Positions 36,989 to 47,252 of a stretch of 64,000 bases of DNA are shown here, one piece after another (position 1 is the stretch's first letter; each line of letters opens with the position of its first letter). Position numbers and translations under genes: made by a program. Origin of the DNA: Candidatus Woesearchaeota archaeon (GTDB lineage Archaea > Nanobdellota > Nanobdellia > Woesearchaeales > GW2011-AR4); NCBI GenBank assembly GCA_016184145.1, contig JACPDF010000023.1, positions 1,229 to 65,228 on the forward strand. Reading direction: 5' to 3'. The notes beneath the pieces are model-generated. The model had not been told where the DNA came from. It saw nothing but the letters and a program-made list of their open reading frames with translations, and did no database searches.

Positions 36989-37498
36989 ATGCCTTTTGCA
37001 GTAACGCATGTAATTTCAACAATAATTTTAGTTGATTTATATAGGGATTATGTTGCAAAGCACAAGAAGTATTTCACGCTGCATACCGTCTTTATAGCTG
37101 GATTTGCAGGCTTATTGCCCGATATAGACGTGCCATTAAACTGGCTGCTTAATCTTATTGGCGCTGAATTAATACACAGGACAATAACCCACACAACCTT
37201 GTTTGGATTAGTTTTTTTAATACCTGCATTTATTTTATGGCACAATAAAAAGCATAAGGTTGCGATGTATTTTTTTGTGACTACATTCGGGATTTTATTG
37301 CACTTATTGTTGGATTATGCTTTTGTTGCAGATGCTGCAGGAGGAATAATGTTTTTTTATCCTTTTTCTACAGCAACTTACGGCCTCAACTTATTGCAGA
37401 ATGTGAGTGCTGGTATGTTCGCTGCAATGGACGCAATAATCCTGATGCTGTGGCTGTGGCACGAGGAGATGAAGCATAAGATAAGCGATTTTATCTAG
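36989..37498 (+). CDS. Membrane-bound metal-dependent hydrolase (YdjM/YbcI-like)
   Basis: TH, LLPDID, HRTITHT, HLLLD, FYPF motifs. Confidence 0.85.
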   Translation: MPFAVTHVISTIILVDLYRDYVAKHKKYFTLHTVFIAGFAGLLPDIDVPLNWLLNLIGAELIHRTITHTTLFGLVFLIPAFILWHNKKHKVAMYFFVTTFGILLHLLLDYAFVADAAGGIMFFYPFSTATYGLNLLQNVSAGMFAAMDAIILMLWLWHEEMKHKISDFI

Positions 37499-37579
37499 AA
37501 AAGCTTTAAAAAGGATATTCGCTTTTATATACTAAAAAGTGGTGGTTTTTGTAGTTTTTCGCCGCATGAGGCATTTTAA

Positions 37580-40500
37580 ATGAAAAAACCACTGTTATTT
37601 TTAATAAGCTGTACTTTGTTTTTGTTATTCTCCACAATATCTGTTACTGCACTTTTTGGGAGGGTTGCCTATAATCAGACATTTCATGATATTTGCTTTA
37701 AGATTAATGATGATTATTATCACTTCCTAATTGACCACACCCAGGCAGACAGCTGGCCTTGTGGTGGCATTGATATAACAGACGATTCCATAAGGCTAGA
37801 GTGTATAAGTGATTTTGACGGGGCGTTTCAACACCAGTATGCACCATGTAGGGTAAGTGGAGGTCAATCTTGCGGAAGGTTTAGCTTCTATTCAAACCAG
37901 GCCTATGGAGTACATACAAATTCTGAAGAGCCTAGCTGGGATCCCACAGGACTTTTTGATGGCACTACAACCATAGATGGATATCCTTACTCACAGTACC
38001 TTACAGAAAGCTTCCAACGGGCAAACAGCCCTGTTCCGCATAGATTTTATTCTGATGGCAATTCCTGTCCCTCAGCTATAATTCAATCCACTAGCCCCAA
38101 CAACGATTCATTTACGCACCAAAGGGAGAATACAATAACGATCAACACGGATGCTGTTTCTGAATGCAGGTATTCAAATGATTCAGCTTCAAACTTCGCC
38201 AACATGATATATTTTCAGAGTACAAATTCAAATGCTCACACATTTAGCTTTAATGCAACAGAATTGATAAATTACAGCTTCTATGTAAAATGCAACACTA
38301 CGCTTGGAGACGTGAATAATGAGCATTATATTTTTAGAATTAGAACTGAAAATTTTGCCCCAATAATTGTAAGATCAATCGGAACTTTAACTACTTTGGT
38401 AAACCAGACCTTCATTTATCACGTGTGGGCCTATGATCCGGATGGTGACAAAATAAACGTCTCTGATGATACTGATTTATTTGACATAGATAGCACCACC
38501 GGGTTTATAAACTTCATACCTTTAACAAATGGTACATACAAAATAAATATCAGCGTAAAAGATGACAACACCATAAAATCGTTGAGTTCGTATGAAATTA
38601 TGATGTTGGTTGTTCTTAATGAAAATGATACTATTGCCCCCAATATATCAATTATAAGCCCTCTGAACGGCTCGACAGTAACTACAAACTTCACATGGAT
38701 TAACGCAACCACGAATGAAAGCGCGACATGCAGTTACAAGCTTGAATACGAATGCAGCGACTGCGAGCCTGCTTTTACACAGATGAATAATACAGGAGGG
38801 GCTATACATAAGCATTATATCGATAATCTGGAAAATAAAAGCTATAATCTCACTGTAAGTTGCAAGGATGTGGCATTGAACAAAAAAAATGTTACAATAT
38901 CTTTTAATGTTGCCTTTCCTCAGCCTGCCTCTAGTGAAGGCGGTGGAGGCGGTGGAGGTGGTATAGCAAACATATCAAACCCCTACAACCTGACAATAAC
39001 TGTAAATTCGCCAACAAACAATTCAATAATCAATTCCATTTCCGTAGATTTAGACATTTCAACGGATAGATATGCTGTATGCAGATATAGTTTGGATTCC
39101 GGCATATTTAATTCTTTGGATAGAACAGTCGTGGTAACAAGTGACGCATGGAAAGTTGGAACCTCTACAAAAATATTGGAGATAAGCGAAGACCTTCTAA
39201 TTGGAACAAACAGGGAAACTTTGAGAAACATCACAACCTTTATAGACGATTCAGAGCTAAATGCCTTGGCATCTGGCACAGTTTCAAACTCAAAAGGGGA
39301 TGCTCCATATAACCAATACCTATATCTATTAGGGCCGGGAGCAGCAGCTCAAGTAAATACAGGTTATGTCATCTACACAGAAGATGACAATGACGTGACA
39401 GCAGATTTCCTGTACTTCAAATCAGGAACTGAAATAGCAAGATACCTTTTGGAATTTACAACCTCTCTTGAATCGGATGTTGATGACAATACTGGAACAG
39501 CAACAACAACAGGCCTTTACTTAACGGATTTTGAAGATGTTGATATAACTATGTTTGGCAAAACATATACAATCGTACAAGCGCAAAGAGTAAATTCAAC
39601 TGGAAATAATGTCAAATTAATTTTGATTTCTGGAGCTATAAGAGACACACTAGTGGAAGGAAACACAAAAACATACACAACCGATGGAAAAGACTATGAA
39701 GTTACAGTAGACTACGTAGACTCGAACAGCGCTAAGTTCACAATAAACGGAGAAAGCACAAGAGATTTGCTTGATGGAGACACAGATAAAATATCAGATG
39801 GGACCACAATAGGTGTTTCAGAGATATTGTACCAAGATTATGCTGGCGGTATCCACACCGTAACATTCTTCTTGGGAGCACAGAAAGTGGAGTTAACAGA
39901 TACGAACATAAGAGATGTTGCATCTTCCAATAACCTAAAAATTGATGATGAAACAATAGACGATGCGTATACCATCATAGAGGGAAGTGACAACAACAGC
40001 ACATTTAAGATAGGCAGGATACACGTAAACATGACTGCAGACGATGACTTTTATGTGCCAGCAGGAGGCAAATTAAGCGAGAATCCTGATATGAGTGAGC
40101 CGCAAGTTCTGTTTACGCAAAATTGGGACATAGGGTATTGGGGCTTAACTGACGAACCAATAGAAACTATTGAAATCGCAACTAGCGGTCCTAGTAGATA
40201 CATATTGAAGTTTAAAGATGGAGACGGAAGCGAAGCAAGCCTGCCTTTGGCAGAAGCTGTCGGGGCTTCAACACTAGAATTTGGAGAAAAAAACAGGGCA
40301 TTAGTCAATAGAGAAAATCTGGTTATAACCAAAGATGATTATTTAATTCTCACAGACAGCAGCGAAGAAAGAGGAAAAAGAAAAACATACGCATTGCAGT
40401 ATAAAGGCGCTGATAAGATCACTGCAGACAGCCACGTATTGAAATTTAAGGATTTGGGTAATGGAGAGACAATAGAACAGACTTATACAGACGCCAGCCC

Positions 40501-42799
40501 CTTAGCAACTTTAAAGTTAGGCGGTGCAGATTTCAAAGTCTATAAAGCGCCTGGAGCAAGTATTTCTGCTAATGATTTTGACATACAAGTTGATTTAGAT
40601 GCGGATAGTATTTTAGAAACCTCAGGAGAGTTTATATCAATAACTACTTGGTATGGCGCAGAAATAAACATAACAAATGAAACTGCCAATAGGATAGACT
40701 TCGCTGTTAAAACACCAGATGATGATAGAGACAGCAATGCAGAAGATAATGTCGAGACTTTACAAGCCACAGATTTAACCGGTTATGTATATGTGAGTTC
40801 TGATTCTGTTAACATTCAAAGGACAGGAAATTTGAATTTCAGGACTCCAGGTGGGGAGACTAATGTAGCTTATGCTTATACAAGCTATGGGACGTTTATA
40901 ACCCACAATATGCCATCAGATGAGCCAGCGACATTGGTAATTGAATACCCTGAAAGACAGAGAGAAGCGCTTGTTTATATTACAACACCCCAGCAAACAG
41001 AAAATACCTACAAAAAAACGTTAAATAACTTGGCAGAGGGGCAGCATACAATCCTGATAAACTGCACAGATTCGTTAGGAAAGCCATATACAGAATTTCT
41101 TGGCTTCGACACCGGAAAATTAATAAAAGACCAAAGTTTACAAATCACATTTAATAGCCCAATTAATAACTCGATTTTTTATGGCGATTATGTCAATTTG
41201 GATGTGTCTACGAACAAATCTGCGAATTGTTTGTATAGCCTTGATTATGGTACATACAACAACTTAACCAATCCCTTAATAATAAATGAAACTACCTTAG
41301 TCGATGTTAATGTTTCAATATTTGATGTACTAGTGGAGGGGGAGACTAAAACTTATTCAATAGGCAATTATGATTATGAAGTTACATTAAATTTTGTAAG
41401 TCCTACTGAAGCACAGTTCACAGTTAATGGTGAAACGATATCAAAGCTGGAAAATGGATTTATTGATTACCTTATAGATGGAACCATAATTGGGGTTGAT
41501 GAGATTGTATATGAAGATTTTGCTGGAGGTTTGCACTACGCATATTTCTTTTTAGGGACGGAAATTAACAGTACAACAATACTTAACATTACAAATTTTA
41601 ACACTATTCATTCGATAAACTTGACAAATTTGGATGAGGGTGAACATAATATTAAAGTCAAATGTAACGATATTGATGACAATTACAATAGTGATTTTTT
41701 AAATTTTAAATTTTTTAATAATATTTGCGTGACGAAATGGGAATGCTTAAATTTCTTGTGCGGTTCCGATGAAAGAAAAAGGTGCAACCAAGTTTTTGAC
41801 TTGAATAACTGTTATTCTAAAACTAATCTAGAGAAAGATTTGTACAATGGTGATTATAAAGAGTTTGAAGAAGTGTGTGATTATAATAATGATCACCTAT
41901 TTGGCAATTTTACAAATATTTCCCATAATCTTAATAACCTTAGCTTTGTAATAGAAAATGAAAGTATAAAAATATCAGAAGGAAACGAAACAATATTATT
42001 CTTTAATTTCAGTTTTATTAATTTTGAATTAAATTTTTTCAATATAACAATTCAAAAACAAAATAATCTTTCAACAAAAGGCTCAATTTTCATCTCCGGA
42101 ATAGATCTAACCTCCCAGAATAAAACTAAAACAGTTTATATGGACAAAATAAGCGGCAATAGAGTGTGCATTAAAGACGAAGAAGTTCTTTCAATAAATC
42201 AAATAACGTCTGATTGTTCTAATTCAAGCGAAATTTCTTTGATATGTGATGGTGCAACAAGGAGTGATTACGCATGCACCGATTTAGGAAACAAATATAA
42301 AATAGAAGGATTAATACACTCAGGAGCAATAGAATATACTTTCAATCCTGCACCAGAACCATCCCCACCATCTGGAGGCGGAGGAGGTGGTGGCGGAGGC
42401 GGAGGAGGTGGTGGTGGAGGTTCTGGGCTGTCTTACACCTGCAACATGGACTGGAGCTGCTCAGACTGGTCTGCTTGCGAGGCAGGCTGGGAAACAAGGA
42501 AATGTGATTTTGTAAAAGTTGCGCAGCACACACAGAGTGAAGAGTGCCCATCAATAGATAGTGTACCTGCTATGGCAAGAAAATGCGAAGTAATTCAAGA
42601 GTTGGAAAAAGAGATTAAGGGGGCAGAGGAAAGTGTAAATGATACAGCCAAAACTGAAGAAAGTAAAAATCAAATAACAGGAATGGCTGTTTCTGAAGTT
42701 GAGGGAAAACCAAACTTATTGGTTGGTATAGTATCTTTGATTTTAATAGTAACTATGGGGATTTTCTTGTATTATCGCTTATTTTTCAGAAAGAAATAA
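37580..42799 (+). CDS. Giant cell-surface protein: Ig-like repeats with embedded S-layer domains, poly-Gly linkers and a C-terminal TM anchor
   Basis: Signal peptide; repeated I.SP.N...T...A.C.Y...C.D Ig-like units; 39143-40984 is homologous to the S-layer core; many NxS/T sequons; G8 and G16 linkers; ITGMAV plus TM helix at the end. Confidence 0.9.
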   Translation: MKKPLLFLISCTLFLLFSTISVTALFGRVAYNQTFHDICFKINDDYYHFLIDHTQADSWPCGGIDITDDSIRLECISDFDGAFQHQYAPCRVSGGQSCGRFSFYSNQAYGVHTNSEEPSWDPTGLFDGTTTIDGYPYSQYLTESFQRANSPVPHRFYSDGNSCPSAIIQSTSPNNDSFTHQRENTITINTDAVSECRYSNDSASNFANMIYFQSTNSNAHTFSFNATELINYSFYVKCNTTLGDVNNEHYIFRIRTENFAPIIVRSIGTLTTLVNQTFIYHVWAYDPDGDKINVSDDTDLFDIDSTTGFINFIPLTNGTYKINISVKDDNTIKSLSSYEIMMLVVLNENDTIAPNISIISPLNGSTVTTNFTWINATTNESATCSYKLEYECSDCEPAFTQMNNTGGAIHKHYIDNLENKSYNLTVSCKDVALNKKNVTISFNVAFPQPASSEGGGGGGGGIANISNPYNLTITVNSPTNNSIINSISVDLDISTDRYAVCRYSLDSGIFNSLDRTVVVTSDAWKVGTSTKILEISEDLLIGTNRETLRNITTFIDDSELNALASGTVSNSKGDAPYNQYLYLLGPGAAAQVNTGYVIYTEDDNDVTADFLYFKSGTEIARYLLEFTTSLESDVDDNTGTATTTGLYLTDFEDVDITMFGKTYTIVQAQRVNSTGNNVKLILISGAIRDTLVEGNTKTYTTDGKDYEVTVDYVDSNSAKFTINGESTRDLLDGDTDKISDGTTIGVSEILYQDYAGGIHTVTFFLGAQKVELTDTNIRDVASSNNLKIDDETIDDAYTIIEGSDNNSTFKIGRIHVNMTADDDFYVPAGGKLSENPDMSEPQVLFTQNWDIGYWGLTDEPIETIEIATSGPSRYILKFKDGDGSEASLPLAEAVGASTLEFGEKNRALVNRENLVITKDDYLILTDSSEERGKRKTYALQYKGADKITADSHVLKFKDLGNGETIEQTYTDASPLATLKLGGADFKVYKAPGASISANDFDIQVDLDADSILETSGEFISITTWYGAEINITNETANRIDFAVKTPDDDRDSNAEDNVETLQATDLTGYVYVSSDSVNIQRTGNLNFRTPGGETNVAYAYTSYGTFITHNMPSDEPATLVIEYPERQREALVYITTPQQTENTYKKTLNNLAEGQHTILINCTDSLGKPYTEFLGFDTGKLIKDQSLQITFNSPINNSIFYGDYVNLDVSTNKSANCLYSLDYGTYNNLTNPLIINETTLVDVNVSIFDVLVEGETKTYSIGNYDYEVTLNFVSPTEAQFTVNGETISKLENGFIDYLIDGTIIGVDEIVYEDFAGGLHYAYFFLGTEINSTTILNITNFNTIHSINLTNLDEGEHNIKVKCNDIDDNYNSDFLNFKFFNNICVTKWECLNFLCGSDERKRCNQVFDLNNCYSKTNLEKDLYNGDYKEFEEVCDYNNDHLFGNFTNISHNLNNLSFVIENESIKISEGNETILFFNFSFINFELNFFNITIQKQNNLSTKGSIFISGIDLTSQNKTKTVYMDKISGNRVCIKDEEVLSINQITSDCSNSSEISLICDGATRSDYACTDLGNKYKIEGLIHSGAIEYTFNPAPEPSPPSGGGGGGGGGGGGGGGGSGLSYTCNMDWSCSDWSACEAGWETRKCDFVKVAQHTQSEECPSIDSVPAMARKCEVIQELEKEIKGAEESVNDTAKTEESKNQITGMAVSEVEGKPNLLVGIVSLILIVTMGIFLYYRLFFRKK

Positions 42800-42805
42800 T
42801 AGTCA

Positions 42806-43486
42806 TCAATTCTCAATCATAGTCCCATTAAATTTCCTATCATTCAGCAAATTCTCAAAATTTCTTAAATCTTTGCCTATAATTATCACTTTTATTCCTG
42901 ACTTTTCGGCTTCTTTTGCCGCTATCGGGTCAAAAGGTGCGTTTAATCCGGCAATCCATTTGTCTCCTACCATCCTCCTATAGTGTTTCCAGCAGATATT
43001 TTTTATTTTTTTTGCATTTTTGTGCTTTTTAGGGTCTTTATCATAAACATAATCAACATTGCTCATATTGATTACTGTTTTTGCTTTAAGGTTCTTTGCC
43101 AACAAGACAGCATCATAGTCAGTTGACCATCCCGGCTTCCATCCGGAGGCTAATATTATTTTTTTATTGGAATCAATTTTTTTAGTCGGGTTTTGAATAA
43201 TGTTCTTATCAGCAGAATTCCCGAAAACCTGCTTGACAACATTTGCGTTTATCATGGTTGCGTATATGCCCAGCCAGTCCAAATCGCGGCTTGTAATGTT
43301 CTTCTTCCTGGAAGCTGCCTTTTGGAATTGCCTTGCTATTGAGCCTCCGCCGCATACAACAACAAAACGGTAATTTTTTTTAATATATTTTTCAATGGTT
43401 TTCCTGAAATTTTTTAGAAAAGATACATCTATTTTGTCTGGAGCAATTAATGAGCCGCCTAATGAGAGGATTATTGTTTTTGGCAT
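42806..43486 (-). CDS. pyrH: UMP kinase (archaeal type)
   Basis: LSLGGS, VCGGG..AR, DWLGI, PGWSTD, NVDYVYDKDP, PFDP. Confidence 0.95.
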   Translation of the reverse strand: MPKTIILSLGGSLIAPDKIDVSFLKNFRKTIEKYIKKNYRFVVVCGGGSIARQFQKAASRKKNITSRDLDWLGIYATMINANVVKQVFGNSADKNIIQNPTKKIDSNKKIILASGWKPGWSTDYDAVLLAKNLKAKTVINMSNVDYVYDKDPKKHKNAKKIKNICWKHYRRMVGDKWIAGLNAPFDPIAAKEAEKSGIKVIIIGKDLRNFENLLNDRKFNGTMIEN

Positions 43487-43557
43487 TGCTAGGATAAGCT
43501 TTATGTTTTTATATAAATGTTTCTACAGAAATATTGGAACTTCTGGCAGGTTTATAC

Positions 43558-44655
43558 CTAGCTTACAATAACCTTTGCTCTGGGGCTGTATTGCACTGAA
43601 AAAAGAGTGTAGGTTCCAGGCTCTTCCATAGCAACCTCGCTAGTATTGCCTATCGCTATCAATGGGCCTTTTATGGTCTTTTTAGGACTATCACTCATAA
43701 GCATAAACATTACCCCTTCCCATTTAGCATTTTCGTTATGAATCAAGATCTTTTCCCCTGCTTCTATCTCGACCTCTTCTGGGTAAAACCCTTCCCTCCC
43801 AAAGAAGATTATCTCATTATCTTTTAGCTCTAACGGCTCGGTTTGCTCTGAACATACCTTCAGCACTTTTTCGGCATCAAGAATGAGACGTTCTCTCTCC
43901 CCATCCATTAATCCCTCAATAAACTTCCTATTTGCCTCTATTGTGCTGCCAATATAATAATAGAAACCCCAGTGCTCATTGGGATAGACTTCAACAACAA
44001 GCTCAGGGGTGCACCATATATTAATGTTGTAGCTTAAATCCAAATCCAAAAGCGAGTCTTTTTTGTCGTACATTACCAGATGTGTTTCTATAAAACTATC
44101 TTTTCCAAATATATTTATTTTTTCCAAGTTGTGGTCGTAATGGTATACTGCTTCCCTCCATTCTTGATTTGTAAGGCCATTATAATCTATCCAGTCTTTA
44201 GAGTCAATATTCCAGTTCTTTACCATCAGATCGTATCTTCTTTGCACAAAATCAGTAAAGTTCCGCTCATTTTCAATAAAGTTATATTCTTTTTTAATCT
44301 TAAGGATATTAAATCTGGCAGAACCCCTGACATCAAAGGTGTTTTCTATTCCTGTCATATTAACCCTTTCCACATCTTCAAAACTATATTTTTTTAATGG
44401 ATAATAGCTTTCGTTGATGCCATCTTCAAGCTGAGAGATATTTATATACCTTGTTTCTTCAACTTCTTCTGTTCTGTCTTTTTCCTCCACTTCATTGTCC
44501 GCCAGCTCGATATTATCGCATATCGAATTCATGTTCTCATCTAAGCAACATTCTCCCCCTATTTCAATCATTGGAGGATTGCAACTGTTTACCTTGTTTT
44601 GCTGGCATCCTATTAAAACAATGAATACCAGTATGAAAAGCAGGCTTTTTCTCAT
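43558..44655 (-). CDS. Putative lipoprotein with a C-terminal cupredoxin-like beta domain
   Basis: LIGC lipobox-like motif, CCLDENMNSICD motif, C-terminal GFYPEEVEIEAGEKI...PGTY. Confidence 0.65.
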   Translation of the reverse strand: MRKSLLFILVFIVLIGCQQNKVNSCNPPMIEIGGECCLDENMNSICDNIELADNEVEEKDRTEEVEETRYINISQLEDGINESYYPLKKYSFEDVERVNMTGIENTFDVRGSARFNILKIKKEYNFIENERNFTDFVQRRYDLMVKNWNIDSKDWIDYNGLTNQEWREAVYHYDHNLEKINIFGKDSFIETHLVMYDKKDSLLDLDLSYNINIWCTPELVVEVYPNEHWGFYYYIGSTIEANRKFIEGLMDGERERLILDAEKVLKVCSEQTEPLELKDNEIIFFGREGFYPEEVEIEAGEKILIHNENAKWEGVMFMLMSDSPKKTIKGPLIAIGNTSEVAMEEPGTYTLFSVQYSPRAKVIVS

Positions 44656-45686
44656 TTTTCAACCTTCTCTCTTAAAGGTTTTGTCTCTTCCAGAAAATCA
44701 AAGTAGCCCATCCATTTAATGTCTTCAGCACGCTCATAAAATATTTTTAAATCATCATCTACTATCACCATCCAAACCCTGTAATAGGTATTTGGGACCA
44801 TGCCATCATCAAATAATCTTATAATATCTGTATCCGCCATCTCAGCCACGAATTGCCCATTCTGCGGTTCAACTAGCGTGCTGGATTTAAGGCTCTGATA
44901 TATATCCGATGATTTGTTTATTGGGTTTTCTGCCAGTGCTACAAGGCAATGCCCGGCATAGTCCTGCACAATCTTTCCTGGATCAAATGATCCGCAAATT
45001 ATATACATGTAAGTGCCTTCAATCTCTTTTTCCTCGGTTGTTGGAGTTATTTCTTCTCTCGTATAATTTACCAGGCATTCGCCTACAAGATAATTGTACT
45101 CTGCCCTGAACAATAGGGAGAAGTCTTCACAGTCCCCTCCTTTGTCATCATATATCAGGCTAAGATTTTTCAGAAAATCACTTTTTCCGGTAGATATCTC
45201 ATCTAGATAATACTTGAACTTGTTCTTAGCGTTGACTTCGTTTATGCATGACAAGTCAATTTCGCATGTATCTTTAGCTTTCATGCAACCTTTTAGCTCT
45301 TCTTTCATCCCGTCATAAATATCGAGATTTTCTAAGTTAATATTTTGTTTAAACCAATTAATAGAATCTTGGACTGTGTTTTCAAAATCATTCAATTTGT
45401 CCATTGTCTGGTCCATGCTAGTCTCTACCTCTTTCATTTTTTGGCTTATAGAAACAGATTCTTCCTTTACACCAATATTCTCCTCTTTTAATTTACTATT
45501 TTCTTTCTTTAACAACTCATAATTATTTTTTAATACCTTAAAATTCTCCTCAAGCTGTTTAGAGGAAGATTTTAGATTATTAAGGTCTTTTTTCAATCCT
45601 ATATAAGAATAAGCGGATAATGCAATGGTTATAAGTAAAAGTATGGACAACACAGTTATAGTTATCTTATCCTTAGGCTTTACCAT
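44652..45686 (-). CDS. Membrane-anchored coiled-coil protein with a transglutaminase-like domain
   Basis: TM helix plus coiled coil, then GGDCEDFS (Cys), GHC (His), VEPQ (acidic residue). Confidence 0.7.
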   Translation of the reverse strand: MVKPKDKITITVLSILLLITIALSAYSYIGLKKDLNNLKSSSKQLEENFKVLKNNYELLKKENSKLKEENIGVKEESVSISQKMKEVETSMDQTMDKLNDFENTVQDSINWFKQNINLENLDIYDGMKEELKGCMKAKDTCEIDLSCINEVNAKNKFKYYLDEISTGKSDFLKNLSLIYDDKGGDCEDFSLLFRAEYNYLVGECLVNYTREEITPTTEEKEIEGTYMYIICGSFDPGKIVQDYAGHCLVALAENPINKSSDIYQSLKSSTLVEPQNGQFVAEMADTDIIRLFDDGMVPNTYYRVWMVIVDDDLKIFYERAEDIKWMGYFDFLEETKPLREKVEK

Positions 45687-45798
45687 TAAGTATTCAATAA
45701 TTAAAACAGTCTTTTAAATCTTTCTTATTATTTTCAACTAGACCACTTTAATGATATATATTTATATATACAAATATATATGAAATAACTTTGTTAAA

Positions 45799-46437
45799 AT
45801 GCTCTTTTCAAACAGGCGCGAAGCAGGAAAAAAGCTTGCGGAAAGGCTTAAAAAATACAAGGGCAAAAAGGATGCGATAATACTGGGCATTCCAAGAGGG
45901 GGTATAGAAGCAGCTTTTGAAGCAGCAAAAGAATTAAGAGTTCCTTTAAGCGTCCTGGTAACTAAGAAAATAGGCTATCCTTCCGACCCTGAGTTTGCCA
46001 TAGGCGCTGTAGGACCTGGAGGCCATTACAAAATAAGCGAGGGATACGCGGCAGAAGCAGGAAAAGATTACATAAAAAACGCTGTCAAGGAGCTTTCAAA
46101 AGAGATAGGAAGGAGATATAAAAAATATACCAAAGGAAAAATACCCGTGCTAAAAAACAAGATTGTAATACTGGTTGATGACGGCTTAGCCACAGGCTTT
46201 ACAATGATGGCTGCAATTGAGTATGCAAAAAGCCAGAAGCCAAAGAAAGTCATAGCAGCGGTTCCTGTTGCAGCGCAAGACAGCTTTGAGAAAATCAGGA
46301 AATCAGCTGATGAAGCTGTTTGCCTGCATATGCCTGTGTTTTTCGGCTCTGTCGGCTCTTTCTACCAGGACTTTGCGCAGCTGGAAGACAAGGATGTAAA
46401 GAGATATCTTGAGGAAGCAGAGAAATTTTCAGGCTAG
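45799..46437 (+). CDS. Type I phosphoribosyltransferase-family protein
   Basis: FSNRREAG, GIPRGG, ILVDDGLATG, VGSFYQDF. Confidence 0.9.
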   Translation: MLFSNRREAGKKLAERLKKYKGKKDAIILGIPRGGIEAAFEAAKELRVPLSVLVTKKIGYPSDPEFAIGAVGPGGHYKISEGYAAEAGKDYIKNAVKELSKEIGRRYKKYTKGKIPVLKNKIVILVDDGLATGFTMMAAIEYAKSQKPKKVIAAVPVAAQDSFEKIRKSADEAVCLHMPVFFGSVGSFYQDFAQLEDKDVKRYLEEAEKFSG

Positions 46438-46784
46438 CTTCCAAGGCCAATAAAGCTGACGCCAATAATAATCAATATGACGCCCAGCCATTTCAATTTA
46501 TTCATTCTTTCCCCTAAAAATTTAATTGACAATAAGCTGACCCATATATATGCCAGGGAAACAAGTGGGTATAAAATAGACAAGTCTCCGCCTTTTAGTG
46601 CAGGGATGAAAAGCATTGTTCCGATAGCATACAAAAAAACTCCCCCCATAAGATGGTAATTAGCCATCAATGATTTTATGCTGGAAAGCTTTTTAGCGGA
46701 TGCTTTTTTTAATAAAATAGGCCCAAATGCGCCTACAAAAGTGGCCAAAACCACCAGCCCAACAGCCCAAAGCTCTGTTGCCAT
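46434..46784 (-). CDS. Small 4-TM DMT/EamA protein (ArnE/F-like)
   Basis: GDLSILYPL..L.YIW, FLGE, four TM helices. Confidence 0.85.
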   Translation of the reverse strand: MATELWAVGLVVLATFVGAFGPILLKKASAKKLSSIKSLMANYHLMGGVFLYAIGTMLFIPALKGGDLSILYPLVSLAYIWVSLLSIKFLGERMNKLKWLGVILIIIGVSFIGLGS

Positions 46785-47161
46785 TACATTACCACCTGCC
46801 CTTCTGCCTTATTGCTGCCATAGCCTATCAAAATTATGCCTGACATTATTGTAAAAACACCTGCCCATTTGAAAAGATTCATCTCTTCATTTAGAAAATA
46901 AATTGACAAAAAGCTTACCCATATGTAGCTTGTTGCAATTATAGGATATAAAACAGATACTTCTCCTCCCCTAAAACTGAGGATAAGCAAAATGCCGCCA
47001 ACAGCATACAGCAAGACTCCCATCAGCAAAGGCAGGTTTGTTATTATGCTTAATAGGTTAAACTCAAGCTGCTCTGCCCCAAATTTGTAGAACAATTGGG
47101 CTGTGGAAGTGAGCAATGTGCAAAAAAGCACCATTCCCATTGCCCAAACTTTAGTTGCCAT
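46784..47161 (-). CDS. Small 4-TM DMT/EamA protein (ArnE/F-like), paralog of the adjacent gene
   Basis: AQLFYK, GEVSVLYPI..SYIW, FLNE. Confidence 0.85.
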   Translation of the reverse strand: MATKVWAMGMVLFCTLLTSTAQLFYKFGAEQLEFNLLSIITNLPLLMGVLLYAVGGILLILSFRGGEVSVLYPIIATSYIWVSFLSIYFLNEEMNLFKWAGVFTIMSGIILIGYGSNKAEGQVVM

Positions 47162-47252
47162 TTTTCAAACCAAAATTATTTTTATTTGAATTTTTCCAAT
47201 AATAATCAGTTTCTATCCTATGATGCATAACTATTTGCTATGGTTTATTTAA

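Noticed and set aside
15838-40984. Diversity-generating retroelement template/variable repeat pair in the duplicated S-layer core
   Set aside because: Both copies are coding, the differences are not adenine-specific, and no reverse transcriptase is in the window.
42374-42421. GGN microsatellite as a contingency locus
   Set aside because: A mixed-codon in-frame poly-Gly linker, common in DPANN surface proteins; a length change would not switch expression.
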